Positions 26,835 to 39,717 of a stretch of 64,000 nt of DNA are shown in pieces (the first letter of the stretch is position 1; each line of letters opens with the position of its first letter). The notes below the pieces were generated by a model, which had not been told where the DNA came from, searched no databases, and worked only from the letters and a program-made list of their open reading frames with translations. The stretch is from Eledone cirrhosa (taxonomy: Eukaryota): the NCBI GenBank assembly GCA_964016885.1, contig OZ024747.1:92566001-92630000 (forward strand), written 5' to 3'. The translations under genes and the position numbers were made by a program.

Positions 26835-27925
26835 TCGTATTATTTGTGTATATGTGGAGCCAGACATTTTCGTGAGAGGAAAAAGACTTGAGGTGATGGA
26901 CAGCTTTGTTTATCTCGGAAGTACACTTAGTAGAGATGGTACCCTCGATGCTGAAATATATCACAAGATTGCGAAAGCAAGTCTTGCTTTCGGGACGCTT
27001 GAGAAGCGAGTCTGGCCAAATAGAGGTATCACGAAAAACACAAAGCTGTCAGTGAATGAGGCCTGTGATCTTATAGCCCTGATATATGGATGCGAAACAT
27101 GGAAAACTTACAGGCATCATATCAGGCAGTTGGAAATATTTCATCAACATTGTATACGACGCATCCTGAACATCATGTGGCCCGCTTACACACCTGATGC
27201 TGCGGTACTTGAGAAAGCGGATACCACCAGTATTGAGGGGAGGATTATTATGAACCAGATGTGTTAGGTTGGTCATGTGATCAAGATGGAAGACGGAAGG
27301 CTGCCTAAACAGTTATTTTATAGGGAGCTGACCAGAGGAAAAAGGCCACAGCATAAACCAAACAAGCGGTTTATGGTTGTCGTAAAAGACAATCTTAAAG
27401 CTCCGAAGATTGATATGGAAAACTGGGAGACACTGGCTGAAGGCTGTACATCAAGGAGAAAGATTATCAAATATGGATGTGATGTCTTTGAAGCGTTCAT
27501 TTCGTAAGCAGGACTCAAGCTCAGTGCTTGCAAAAATCCAGCAGGAATTGAAGTACAATGTATGTTGCTGATGTCTTCTAACATGAGCTAGTTTTGTTAA
27601 CTATCTGGAATCACATGAGCTGGGGAGAAATCGAGCCAACTGTGAAATGGTTCTACCACCACAAACTGCACGGAAAATTTGTAGTGAGTGTGGTTTAATC
27701 TGCAAGTCAGCGGGTGGACTGACCAGACATGGTAAAAAGCATGAAGACACACCCCAGCTGGTATTGCCAGGAGACAGATAGTTCAAGTGTCACATCTGTG
27801 AACGTATCTGCAAAACAAAAGTGAGTCTGTAAAGTCACCTGCGTGCATATGATCGTGCAATGTTCAATGAAGAGATGGCACTCTTCTGACAAGAAGTAGC
27901 AATCAACATGCATGTATGTATGTAT
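26835..27925 (+). mobile_element. 5'-truncated RTE (BovB-like) LINE, decayed, with C-terminal C2H2 fingers and (TATG)n tail
   Basis: FVYLGSTLS, LIYGCETW, FHQHCIRRIL, GHVIKMEDGRLPKQLFY; CSECGLICKSAGGLTRHGKKH; CHICERICKTKVSLKSHLRA; internal stops. Confidence 0.88.
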
Positions 27926-27926
27926 A

Positions 27927-28770
27927 TCAGGTCGCTCTCGAGTGCTACTGGTAACATGTAAACCATTACAACCTGTCTCATGGTCGAGTCGTCGGCGACT
28001 AAACCGGCAACCCCACTAAGCTTGTTTGGTGAGGGGGGTGCTATTTGGACACCCTGCGGGATGAAATACAAGACTCGGCAAAGGGTGGAGGAACTCAGCA
28101 GAGTCTACGGCCATCCAAATAGTACTTTTTTTTTTTCACCTGGGAGTGAAAGACCTCTAGTTGCTGTCACAACCCTTTTCTAGGAGAGGGAAACTCTAAA
28201 AAAAAAAACAACTTGCGGCTTCGGAAGCATCTGATGATGACCAGTTCTCCTTTTCAGGTAGTGTTTTCGATGCTCAGAGAGTGGGATTGGTCGAATGCAA
28301 GGCCTTTCCCCACTTAAAAAAACCTTCAAAGCACAGGCATTGCTTGTTCAGGATCTGTTACAGGTTCATGTGGTTGACCGTAATCTAAAAGTGCACGAAC
28401 TCTGTACTCTGACAAGCGATTGTAATATTCTTAGCAGAGTTTGCAGCCATAAATGTATGTATGTATGTATGTATGTATGTATGTATGTATGTATGTATGG
28501 CTTTGTGCAGTGCCTTTGCTCACTATAAAAGCTTCACGGCACAGGCATTGCTTTATATCTGGAGATCTCTCTGCACTTGTCGTCACATGGTACCAAGGGC
28601 CCAGCACTATGTGTCAATAATTGTCACAGGTGTAGTGTTTCTACCAGAGTTTTCAAGTCACTGGCTGGACTAAAAAGTCACACTCGTTCAGCGCATCGGT
28701 AGGGGTTCTCCTACATGGATATAAAGTAGTGGCCGTACTCGAAAACGAGTTGGCAGCCACCATGTATGTA
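27927..28770 (+). mobile_element. Non-autonomous RTE derivative (5' UTR-like head + zinc-finger-coding 3' end)
   Basis: Head shared with 29411-29915; 3' part reads [24 protein letters not shown]; ends GGCAGCCACC(ATGT)n. Confidence 0.65.
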
Positions 28771-29016
28771 TGTATGTGTGTATGTATGTATGTGTACATG
28801 CATGTGTCTATTCTTAATTTCGAATTTAAGAAATTTCAGTCGTCCCATATACAATCGTTCATCCTTTAAATCTTAAGAATGTTTTATAGTTTGAATGTTC
28901 TAGATATCGAGTCCATTTGTAACTTATGAATTAAGGGGCTGCGTTCTGTCTCTACAAATCCAAGTTTTGTCACACCTTGGTCCTGTTAGGTTGGTATATA
29001 TCACATAGCTCCAATA

Positions 29017-29210
29017 ATAATTGTTTCTACTTTTGGCACAAGGCCAGCAATTATCTCAGTGTATTACTGGTACTTTATTTTATCGACCCCCATAAGGATG
29101 AAAGGTAAAGTTAACCTTGGCGTGATTTGAACTCAGAACGTAAAGTGGCATAACTCTATGCTGCAAAGCATAGCGTCCGACGCTCTACCGATACTGCCAA
29201 TCCACCGCCA
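29017..29210 (-). mobile_element. tRNA-derived SINE (same family as 8879-9070)
   Basis: Full-length reverse complement of that family. Confidence 0.85.
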
Positions 29211-29410
29211 ATAGCTCCAATATTAAGAGATACAAAACCGAGCAAATTTTCATTCTGTGGCTCCAAACAACAATATCAGATCTGTTGTGTTATAATTTGA
29301 TGGTAATCTCAATATGTCCATCCTTATTTGTGTGTAATATGGACGTCTTTAGATATGTATGTAAATATGTAAGTATGTGTGTGTGTGTGTGTGTGTGTGT
29401 GTATGCTATG

Positions 29411-29915
29411 TCAGGTCGCTCTTCAGCGCTACTGGTAACATGTTACCCAGTACAATCTGTGCATGATCGAGTCGTCGGTGACTAAACCGGCAACCCCACC
29501 AACTTTGCTTGGTGAGGGGGGGGGGGGTGACTTTGGACACCCTACGGGATAAAAAACGAAACCCGTCAAAGGGCAGAAGAACTCAAGAGTAAACGGCCAT
29601 CCAATAAAGTTTTTTTTTTGTGTGTGGAGCGAGAGACCCCCAGCCTTCATTAAGACATCTCTCTAGGAGGAGGTCACTCTGATATAAAAAAAAAACCTGC
29701 AACTTCATTTACATCCAATGGTGTAGACCAATTCTTCTTTTTGGGCAAATGCATTCGATGTTCAGAGAGTGGCACTGGCCAGATGCAAAGCCTTTCCTCA
29801 CTTAAAAAGGTTTCAGGCACAGGCATCACTTGATATGTGATATTGTTTGCGATGTATGGTATTGCTGGCCATAGGCAAGTCCCTAGCAGGACTAAAAAGC
29901 CACATCTGTAATGCT
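29411..29915 (+). mobile_element. Second, more deleted copy of the non-autonomous RTE derivative
   Basis: Colinear with 27927-28700 (TCAGGTCGCTC...GACTAAACCGGCAACCCCAC...GGACTAAAAAG). Confidence 0.65.
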
Positions 29916-29960
29916 CATGCTTAAGTATCAAGCGATGACATTACTCGAAATTGAGTTGAA

Positions 29961-30076
<116 letters not shown>

Positions 30077-30149
30077 TATCCGGGAGCTTCCAACAGAGAT
30101 GGTCTTTAAGGGTATGTCAATATTTATTTATAAAACTGCTCTATATTAT

Positions 30150-30212
30150 ATTTTATCTGATGAACGCACACCATAATTTAACTTGGTGTCCTTGAAATAT
30201 GTATAATGAAAT
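30150..30212 (+). ncRNA. Type-I hammerhead ribozyme, family A (element ~30078-30256)
   Basis: ATTTTAT-CTGATGA-..CACCA/TGGTG..-GAAA-T ATGT ATA-ATGAAAT. Confidence 0.78.
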
Positions 30213-30494
30213 AAATATGGTTTTATAAATATTGTTTCCATTTGTTAATATATCGTATATATATATATATATAATATATATACGCGCTCACGCACACACA
30301 TTCACACACGGACACGGACACACGGACACACACACGCACATACGGACACACAGACACACGGCGGACACACATATGGACACGGACATACACACACACACAC
30401 ACACACATACACACAATAACACAGGGAAGAAGTTGATTGTTAAATTATCCTGATATCATGTCGGAGTAAACTTATTCTGTCCGATGAAACGACT

Positions 30495-30532
<38 letters not shown>

Positions 30533-31098
30533 CCTGTGTGTATGTATGGGAGTTTGTGTCTGTGTGTGTGTGAGTTTGTGTCTGTGTGTCTGTGTATGTC
30601 TGTGTGAGTGTATGTATACCTGTGTGTGTATGTTTGTGTGTGTGTGTGAGTCTCTGTGTGTGTCTATGTGTGAGTGTCTGTGTGTGTGTGTGTCTATGTC
30701 TGTTTGTGTATGTCTGTGTCGCTGTGTGTGCGTGTGAGTCTCTCTGTGTCCCTGTGTCCCTGTGTATGTCTGTGCATGTCTATGTCTGTCTATGTTTGTG
30801 TGTGTACCTGTGTGTGTGTGTGCGTGTGTGTACCTGTGTCTGTCTGTGTGTATGTGTGTGTACCTCTGTGTGTGTGTGTGTACCTGAGTGTGTACCTGTG
30901 TGTGTGTGTATGTGTGTGTGTGTACGTTTAACGTTTAATGTTTGTTTCCTGTAACTTGGTTTGTTTATTCAACAAAGAGATCGATGACAGATGTATTGGG
31001 ACGGTATGATCGAGTCAGATCTGTCGAATGCACCAGCATGACCGCATTCTGACAATTGAAGTCAATGAAAAGAACACACACACTCTCTCTCTCTCTCA

Positions 31099-31181
<83 letters not shown>

Positions 31182-31251
31182 TCCCTGACTAACATACCCA
31201 CTCAGACACACAGACACATATACACAGTCACAAAGAGATTCACACACACAC

Positions 31252-31281
<30 letters not shown>

Positions 31282-31284
<3 letters not shown>

Positions 31285-31465
31285 AAAATGTTTAACCCCG
31301 ACGGCAGAGCTCAACCCGTTTCTGGACTGAAATAGCAGTCAAAACGGCTTGAGCTCTGCCGACGGCGTTAAAGATTTCGCTATTACCCACTCTACTACCC
31401 TAAGTATTGAGTACTCTGGTGCGTTATGGTCCATCTGGTTCCTTGCCACACTTCCTTCGTTATAT
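31282..31465. mobile_element. Family B fold-back element
   Basis: Short inverted arm plus the TATTACCCACTCTACTACCCTAAGTATTGAGTAC tail, in (TA)n. Confidence 0.8.
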
Positions 31466-31467
31466 AA

Positions 31468-31529
<62 letters not shown>

Positions 31530-31693
31530 TTTATTATGGCTAAGTTACTCTGGAATTTCACCTGCGTACTCACAGGATCATCAGATAAGGCAGTCCGGCG
31601 TAGATACAAGTCGCTAAAAGACCGGTCGCCCTCTTGTCTTTGATTTAAACATCAAAGATTTTTATCTGATATATTCCTTCGTTATATTTTGAA

Positions 31694-31751
31694 TTACCTG
31701 ATGATGTCACCGGATTCATACTGAACCCGGTCATTGAAATGATCATAGTAA
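31694..31751 (+). ncRNA. Type-I hammerhead ribozyme, family I
   Basis: TTAC-CTGATGA-..ACCGG/CCGGT..-GAAA-T GATC ATA-GTAA; palindromic helix III ATGATCAT. Confidence 0.8.
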
Positions 31752-31946
31752 AATGAACCTTTCAAGGATTTACACCAGAACATGCCTCCTGTTATTTTGT
31801 AATAATCAACTCCGTACACGCACCACCAACTACACAAACGAAGACGGGTGGTTGCATTACGTTGAGTGCTTTACATAACATTACATCGTGACTGACCACA
31901 CAGAATGACCAGTTCTATCCCATGGTAAACCAACAAACCTAAATAA

Positions 31947-31992
<46 letters not shown>

Positions 31993-32107
31993 GAAAGGTA
32001 TAGAAAACATTGTAGCAAAAAGCCAACAGTATTCCATAATATACATATATATATATATATATATATAAATGTAAGTCCAAAGAATCATTTGATAAAAATA
32101 TATATGA

Positions 32108-32400
32108 AGTTGTGAGTTCGATTCTCGAACCGGGCTTTGCGTTGTTTCCTTGAGCAAGACACTTTATTTCACGTTGTTCCAGTTTACCCAGCGGTAGAAA
32201 CGAGTTGCGACGTTGCTGGTGCCGGGTTATATCAACAATTGCCTTTCCCTTAGACAACATTGGTGGTATGTAGAGGAGAGACTGGAATGCATGGGCGACT
32301 GCTGGTCTTCCACAAACAACCTCGCCCGGACTTGAGACTCGGAGAGGAACTTTCTAGGTGTGAATCCCGAGGTCATTCGTGACCGAAGGGGGTCTTTACT
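32108..32400 (+). mobile_element. tRNA-derived SINE, 5'-clipped
   Basis: GAGTTCGATTC B box, CTTGAGCAAGACACTT core shared with 45509-45790. Confidence 0.75.
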
Positions 32401-32656
32401 ATAATATATACTATATAGATGTATATATAGAGTCTGCGGTGCTGAGGCCGGGGAGAGCACTCATCAAGCCGAAACCGCTTGGCGCCGCGGTCAGCATTTT
32501 ACTCCCCCCCTCTCTCTCTATATATATATATATATGATAGGGTGTGGTAAAATACCAGGTGGACCATAACCCACCAGAGACCTCGATACTTAGGATAGTA
32601 GAGTGGGTAATATATATATATATATATATGTGTTTGTGTATGTGTGTGTGTGTGTT

Positions 32657-32895
32657 ACATCCCTTTACAGTCTGAGTTCAAATCCCGCCGAGGTTAACTT
32701 TGCCTTTCATCCTTACGGGGTCGATAAAATAAAGTACCAGTAATGTACAGGGTAATTGCTGGCCTTGTGCCTAAAGTAGAAACAATTATTATATTACTAT
32801 TGTTTTAGTGGTGAAGGATGAGAAAGATTGTTTCGTTGACTTTAGTGTAAAGTATTTGTTCGACTCTCCAACTCACCGACATCCAGCCAGACAAA

Positions 32896-32934
<39 letters not shown>

Positions 32935-33420
32935 GGGTTTCTAATTTAGGTACAAGGCCAACAAATTTGGTCGAAGAGAAAGTCGATTAAATCGACCCGA
33001 GTGCGTTACTGGTATTTTATTTTATTGACCCCGAAAAGGATGAAAGGTGAAGTTTACCTCGGAGGGATTTAATCACCCACCCTTAATAATTTTAATAATA
33101 ATAATAATTGTTTCTACTTTTGGCACAAGGCCAGCAATTACCCAGTGCATTACTGGTACTTTATTTTATCGACCCCGTAAGGATGAAAGGCAAAGTTAAC
33201 CTCGGCGGGATTTGATTTATATTTGATAATTGTTTCTACTTTTGGCACCAGGCCAGCAATTATCTCAGTGCATTACTGGTACTTTATTTTATCGACCCCG
33301 TAAGGATGAAAGGCAAAGTTTACCTCGGCGGGATTTGTACTCAGATCATAAAGGGAGGTAACTCTATGCTTCAAAGCATGGCACCCGACCCTCTACCGAT
33401 ACTGCCAATCCACCGCCCTT
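32657..33420. mobile_element. Cluster of four SINE copies/fragments (one +, three -)
   Basis: Repeated GTCGATAAAATAAAGTACCAG core of the 8879 family. Confidence 0.85.
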
Positions 33421-33761
33421 TATATTTGATAATAACAGATAAACTAATCACCACAACTAAATTTGCCAAATTTGTCACAACCACCCCCTAATTCAGAAAT
33501 ACTTCCACCGCCCCTGTATAATATTGTGTAATCTTTGATCGTTTGTTGTCCGAGAATCTGAACAGTGACCACGTCGCTGGTCATACAATTTGTAATTAGA
33601 AGATTAAATCACTTGACAACGATGTGTCAAATGAGATGTAGTCATGGGGATGTATTTCAGGAGTTCACCTCTCAACCTTCTGGTTCTGGTGGTCAGCCAC
33701 AAAGCTTCGAGTTCACCAATGGTTTCCGAGTGGGTTTCAGTAAATGGAAACTGCGCAAGAC

Positions 33762-33839
<78 letters not shown>

Positions 33840-33995
33840 ACCATATATATGTGTGTACGTATATATACATATGTATATATGTATATATATATATACATAT
33901 ATGTATATATATGTATATATATATATGTATATATATATATTTATATATGTATATATATGTATATATGTATGTATATATATGTATATATATATGTA

Positions 33996-34142
<147 letters not shown>

Positions 34143-34223
34143 GTATATATATATATGTATATATATATATTTATATATGTATATATATGTATATATGTAT
34201 GTATATATATGTATATATATGTA

Positions 34224-34313
<90 letters not shown>

Positions 34314-34483
34314 CATATATACATATATATACATACATATATACATATATATACATATATAAATATATATATACATATATATATATACATATATATACAT
34401 ATATGTATATATATATATATACATATATGTATATATACATATATAAATATATATATATGTATATATATATGTATATACATATG

Positions 34484-34554
<71 letters not shown>

Positions 34555-34903
34555 ATAGGATTATCCTAGATGCAGTAATGGTGAATAACTACACTGGATA
34601 GAGTTGACGTACGGTGAGAGGTTACTCGACGAGTTATGGAAGAATTGTTGAAGGAATTTAGTTCCTGATCCTTCTGTATTCCGGAGTGAAAATAATAACA
34701 GGAAGACATCATAAAAAGGGAATTTATTCTGTCTGCTTACATAACTAGGCTCTATAACCAACTTGGAAACATTTGTAAGCACACAGAATAAATTACCTTT
34801 TTATGATGTCTACCTGTTATTATTCATTCTTTATATGTATATGTATGAATATATATATGTATATATATGTATATATATGTATATATATGTATATATATAT
34901 ATG

Positions 34904-34934
<31 letters not shown>

Positions 34935-35004
34935 GTAGGTATATATATATGTATGTATATATATATATATATATGTATGTATATATATATATATATATGT
35001 ATAT

Positions 35005-35200
35005 ACGTAGGTCCCGGGTTGAGTCGGGGATAACCACAGTAAGTAAGGTACTCAATACATGGCAGAGTAAAATATATTTATTGTATAGAAGGAGCTTCTA
35101 CAGGACTAGTACTGTTTCATTCAGATGAAATCTTCCCTGAAGATTTCATCTGAATGAAACAGTACTAGTCCTGTAGAAGCTCCTTCTATACAATAAATAT
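35005..35200. mobile_element. Family C fold-back with hammerhead (35132-35180, +)
   Basis: CTGAAGA-TTTC ATCT GAAT-GAAACAG TACTAGTC CTGTA-GAAG; palindrome centre ~35136. Confidence 0.78.
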
Positions 35201-35509
35201 ATTTTATATATGTATATATATATATGTATATATATATGTATATATATATATATGTATATATATATGTATGTACATATATATGTGTATATATATATATGTA
35301 CATATACTATATATGTATATATATATGTATATATGTATATATATATATGTATATATATATGTATATATACATGTATATATATATATATATATATACATGT
35401 ATATATATATATATATATGTGTGTGTGTATATATGTATATATATGTATATATATATATTATGTATGTGTATATATATATATATATATATGTATGAATAAA
35501 TATATATAT

Positions 35510-35588
<79 letters not shown>

Positions 35589-35591
35589 TGA

Positions 35592-35640
35592 GATTCTACA
35601 GGACTAGAACTGTTTCATTCATTAGAAATCATCAGGAATC
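35592..35640 (-). ncRNA. Type-I hammerhead ribozyme, family C
   Basis: GATTC-CTGATGA-TTTC TAAT GAAT-GAAACAG TTCTAGTC CTGTA-GAATC. Confidence 0.85.
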
Positions 35641-35646
35641 ATCAGG

Positions 35647-35695
35647 GATTCCTGATGATTTCTAATGAATGAAACAGTTCTAGTCCTGTAGAATC
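35647..35695 (+). ncRNA. Type-I hammerhead ribozyme, family C (element 35585-35782)
   Basis: Identical motif on the right arm; GUA site at 35690. Confidence 0.85.
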
Positions 35696-35778
35696 TCATC
35701 TATATTAAAACTATTATACTCTGCTATGTATTGAGTACCTTACTTACTGTGGTTACCTCCGATTCAACCCGGAATAAC

Positions 35779-35815
<37 letters not shown>

Positions 35816-35832
35816 TATCTATATATCTATCT

Positions 35833-35933
<101 letters not shown>

Positions 35934-35957
35934 TATATATATGTATATATATATATG

Positions 35958-35996
<39 letters not shown>

Positions 35997-36006
35997 TATA
36001 TATATA

Positions 36007-36038
<32 letters not shown>

Positions 36039-36455
36039 CTAAACACACATACTCGGGGTCCCAAAGTATACGGGGTGGGGGATAGGTAATGTTTCTAGAT
36101 TCTCTCCGTCGATTATAAAGAAAAAATCAGAATTAGTCGTTTAGCTTATATATTGATGGCCCCAACAGATCCATCTTTAATGTTTAGAAAAAAATAATTG
36201 TCGCAGGGATGCTACGACTTAAAATATAAGGTTTGGCTGAGATAGAATAGAATTTAATAAGCGGGAGGGGAGGGATGGGGGGGAGGATAAATATGAAAAA
36301 AAATAATAAACGGGGAGGGGGATGATTATTATATATCTATGTGTGTGTGTGTGTGTGTGTATGTGTTGTGTGTCTGTGTGTGCGCGCGCTTGTGTGTAAA
36401 GTAATGGTCTAACCAATTTCGAACTGATTCTAATCTGATTTATATACACATATAT

Positions 36456-36685
<230 letters not shown>

Positions 36686-36800
36686 AAGTATATATATATA
36701 TATATGTATACATATATATGTATGTATATATATATATGTGTGTGTATGGATATATATATATATGTATATATATATATATGTATATATATGTATATATGTA

Positions 36801-36834
<34 letters not shown>

Positions 36835-37101
36835 TATATATATGTATATATATATATGTAATGTATGTATATATATATGTGTATATATATATATGTATAT
36901 ATGTATATATATATGTATATATATATATGTATGTATATATATGTATATATATATGTATATATATATATATATATATGTGTATATATATGTATATATATAT
37001 ACGTATGTATGTATATATATGCATGTATATATATATGTATGTGTGTGTGTATATATGTATATATATATATATATACGTATGTATGTACATATATATGCAT
37101 G

Positions 37102-37149
<48 letters not shown>

Positions 37150-37154
37150 CTTAC

Positions 37155-37298
37155 TTTAGTCCAGAAATAGCCGTCGAAACGGCTTCAGCTGTGCCGTCAG
37201 GGTCATACTTTCTCCTATTACCCACTCTACTACCCTAAGTATTGAGTACTCTGGTGCGTTATGGTCCATCTGGTTCCTTACCACAACTCCTCTGTTAT
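37155..37298 (+). mobile_element. Family B element, 5'-truncated
   Basis: TAGCCGTCGAAACGGC... plus family B tail. Confidence 0.8.
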
Positions 37299-37766
37299 AT
37301 ATATATATTGTTATACTTGGGGAGGGTCTTGTTGTTATAATATTGCCAGAAATAATAATAAAACACACTCACTGTTTGGTTTGGGTTGGGTTTCGCTTCT
37401 CTATATTTCATATCCCTATAGTTAATTTAGCTGGCAATCAATGTTCATCCTTGACTAACCAACGGTTAAAAATATAGATATGAATATAAATATATATATA
37501 TTTATTAAAATAACATTAAAGTTTAAGCAAAGAATCCTTATCGGGCCCTCTTTGGATTTTAGTCTTCTTCTTCTTCTTCTTCTTCTTCTTCTTCTTCTTC
37601 TTCTTCTTCTGGGCTTTCTCCACAAATGTCCCTCGGAAGTCCCCCCCCCCCCATATTGGGGAATTTTTTATTGTTATTGTTTTTTACACGCAGAAATGCC
37701 CATTTGTACCGTCCTGTATTGTCCTGTACTGTCCTTAGTGTAAACCCTTGTGGTCAATAAAGAGAG

Positions 37767-37823
<57 letters not shown>

Positions 37824-37824
37824 G

Positions 37825-37914
<90 letters not shown>

Positions 37915-37972
37915 TACATAGATAGATAGATAGATATTCATACATACATATTTATATATATATTTATATACA

Positions 37973-38012
<40 letters not shown>

Positions 38013-38056
38013 TGTATATAAATATATATACATATATATATATATATTTATATACA

Positions 38057-38196
<140 letters not shown>

Positions 38197-38221
38197 TACA
38201 TATATATATATATATACATAC

Positions 38222-38254
<33 letters not shown>

Positions 38255-38285
38255 CATATATACATATATATATATATATACATAC

Positions 38286-38342
<57 letters not shown>

Positions 38343-38343
38343 C

Positions 38344-38434
<91 letters not shown>

Positions 38435-38488
38435 ATATTGAAAAGGCTTCTACAGGACTAGAACTGTTTCGGGAGAAATTATCAGGAA

Positions 38489-38537
38489 GCTTCCTGATGA
38501 TTTCTCCCGAATGAAACAGTTCTAGTCCTGTAGAAGC
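38489..38537 (+). ncRNA. Type-I hammerhead ribozyme, family C (fold-back 38432-38622)
   Basis: GCTTC-CTGATGA-TTTC TCCC GAAT-GAAACAG..CTGTA-GAAGC; helix I covaries with 35647 (GATTC/GAATC). Confidence 0.87.
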
Positions 38538-38622
38538 CTTTTCTATATTAAATATTTATACTCTGTTTTGTATTGAGTACCTTACATACTGTGGTTACCC
38601 CCGATTGAACCCGGGATAAACT

Positions 38623-38705
<83 letters not shown>

Positions 38706-38708
<3 letters not shown>

Positions 38709-39000
38709 AACCAGTGAGACCCCGACAGCTGAGCTCAAGCCGTTTCGACGGCTAATTCTGGACTAAATGAAAATTTATCCTGGTATTTAAATAGCCGATC
38801 TTCTCAAGGGGTAATTCCATATATGGGGTAATTCCATATAAATACCAGGATAAATTTTCATTTAGTCCAGAATTAGCCGTCGAAACGGCTTGAGCTCAGC
38901 TGTCGGGGTCTCACTGGTTCCTATTACCCACTCTACTACCTCAAGTATTGAGTACTTTGGTGCGTTATGGTCCACCTGGTTCCTTACCACATTTCCTTCG

Positions 39001-39003
<3 letters not shown>
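38706..39003. mobile_element. Family B fold-back, longest arms
   Basis: 38706-38790 is the reverse complement of ~38838-38923, followed by family B tail and (TA)n. Confidence 0.85.
38719..38812 (-). ncRNA. Type-I hammerhead ribozyme, family B, U3-A8 variant with long helix II
   Basis: ACCCC-TTGAGAA-GATCGGCTA...TAGCCGTC-GAAAC GGC TTGAGCTCA GCT GTC-GGGGT. Confidence 0.83.
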
Positions 39004-39034
<31 letters not shown>

Positions 39035-39305
39035 CATATAGAATTTACTTGTACAGGATTTGAACTGATAATTTCAAGGGAATGAAACAGTACTAATCAT
39101 GTAGAACTCATTTCTAGACGAGATAAATATGTATTTACTCTACTAATGTATTGAGTACCTTATTTAACTGTGGGTTCCGTTCGGAAAACTCGGAATACGA
39201 TTTTTTGTCTGGAATTCAAGAAATACAAAGTTCAATCCTATAGTAGCTGTTAGTCACTTATCTTCTACCCCTAAGAATATTTTACCTGATTATACGTATA
39301 TATAC

Positions 39306-39395
<90 letters not shown>

Positions 39396-39525
39396 GTGAG
39401 GTTTTTTTACAAAATGAAAAATAACCGAGGTGTCCTACACGAGTGAAAGTATAAAGAAAAAAAGATGAAATCGAAAATGCAACTGAAGTCTTATTTTTTT
39501 TTTAAATATATATATTTATTTGGTT

Positions 39526-39563
39526 CCTTTACCGGTTTCGCAGTTCTTCTGCTTTTCAAAAGG
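39526..39563 (-). ncRNA. Minimal hammerhead, family J, U3-A8 variant (fold-back 39390-39695)
   Basis: CCTT-TTGAAAA-GCAG AAGAA CTGC-GAAAC CG GTA-AAGG; palindromic ACCGGT. Confidence 0.82.
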
Positions 39564-39717
39564 TGAGTTGAGATGGAGGGTCTGTGGTTTTTCTCACATT
39601 GAACTGCGAAACCGGTAAAGGAACCAAATAAATATATATATTTAAAAAAAAAATAAGACTTCAGTTGCATTTTCGATTTCATCTCTTTTTCTTTATATAT
39701 ATATATATATATATATA

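Noticed and set aside
28225-28260. CTGATGA as a hammerhead core
   Set aside because: No helix II-GAAA or helix I partner follows
30445-30496. Hammerhead-like CTGATAT...TCGGA/TCCGA..GAAACG
   Set aside because: Core is mutated and the 3' half is replaced by (CT)n; cannot be supported
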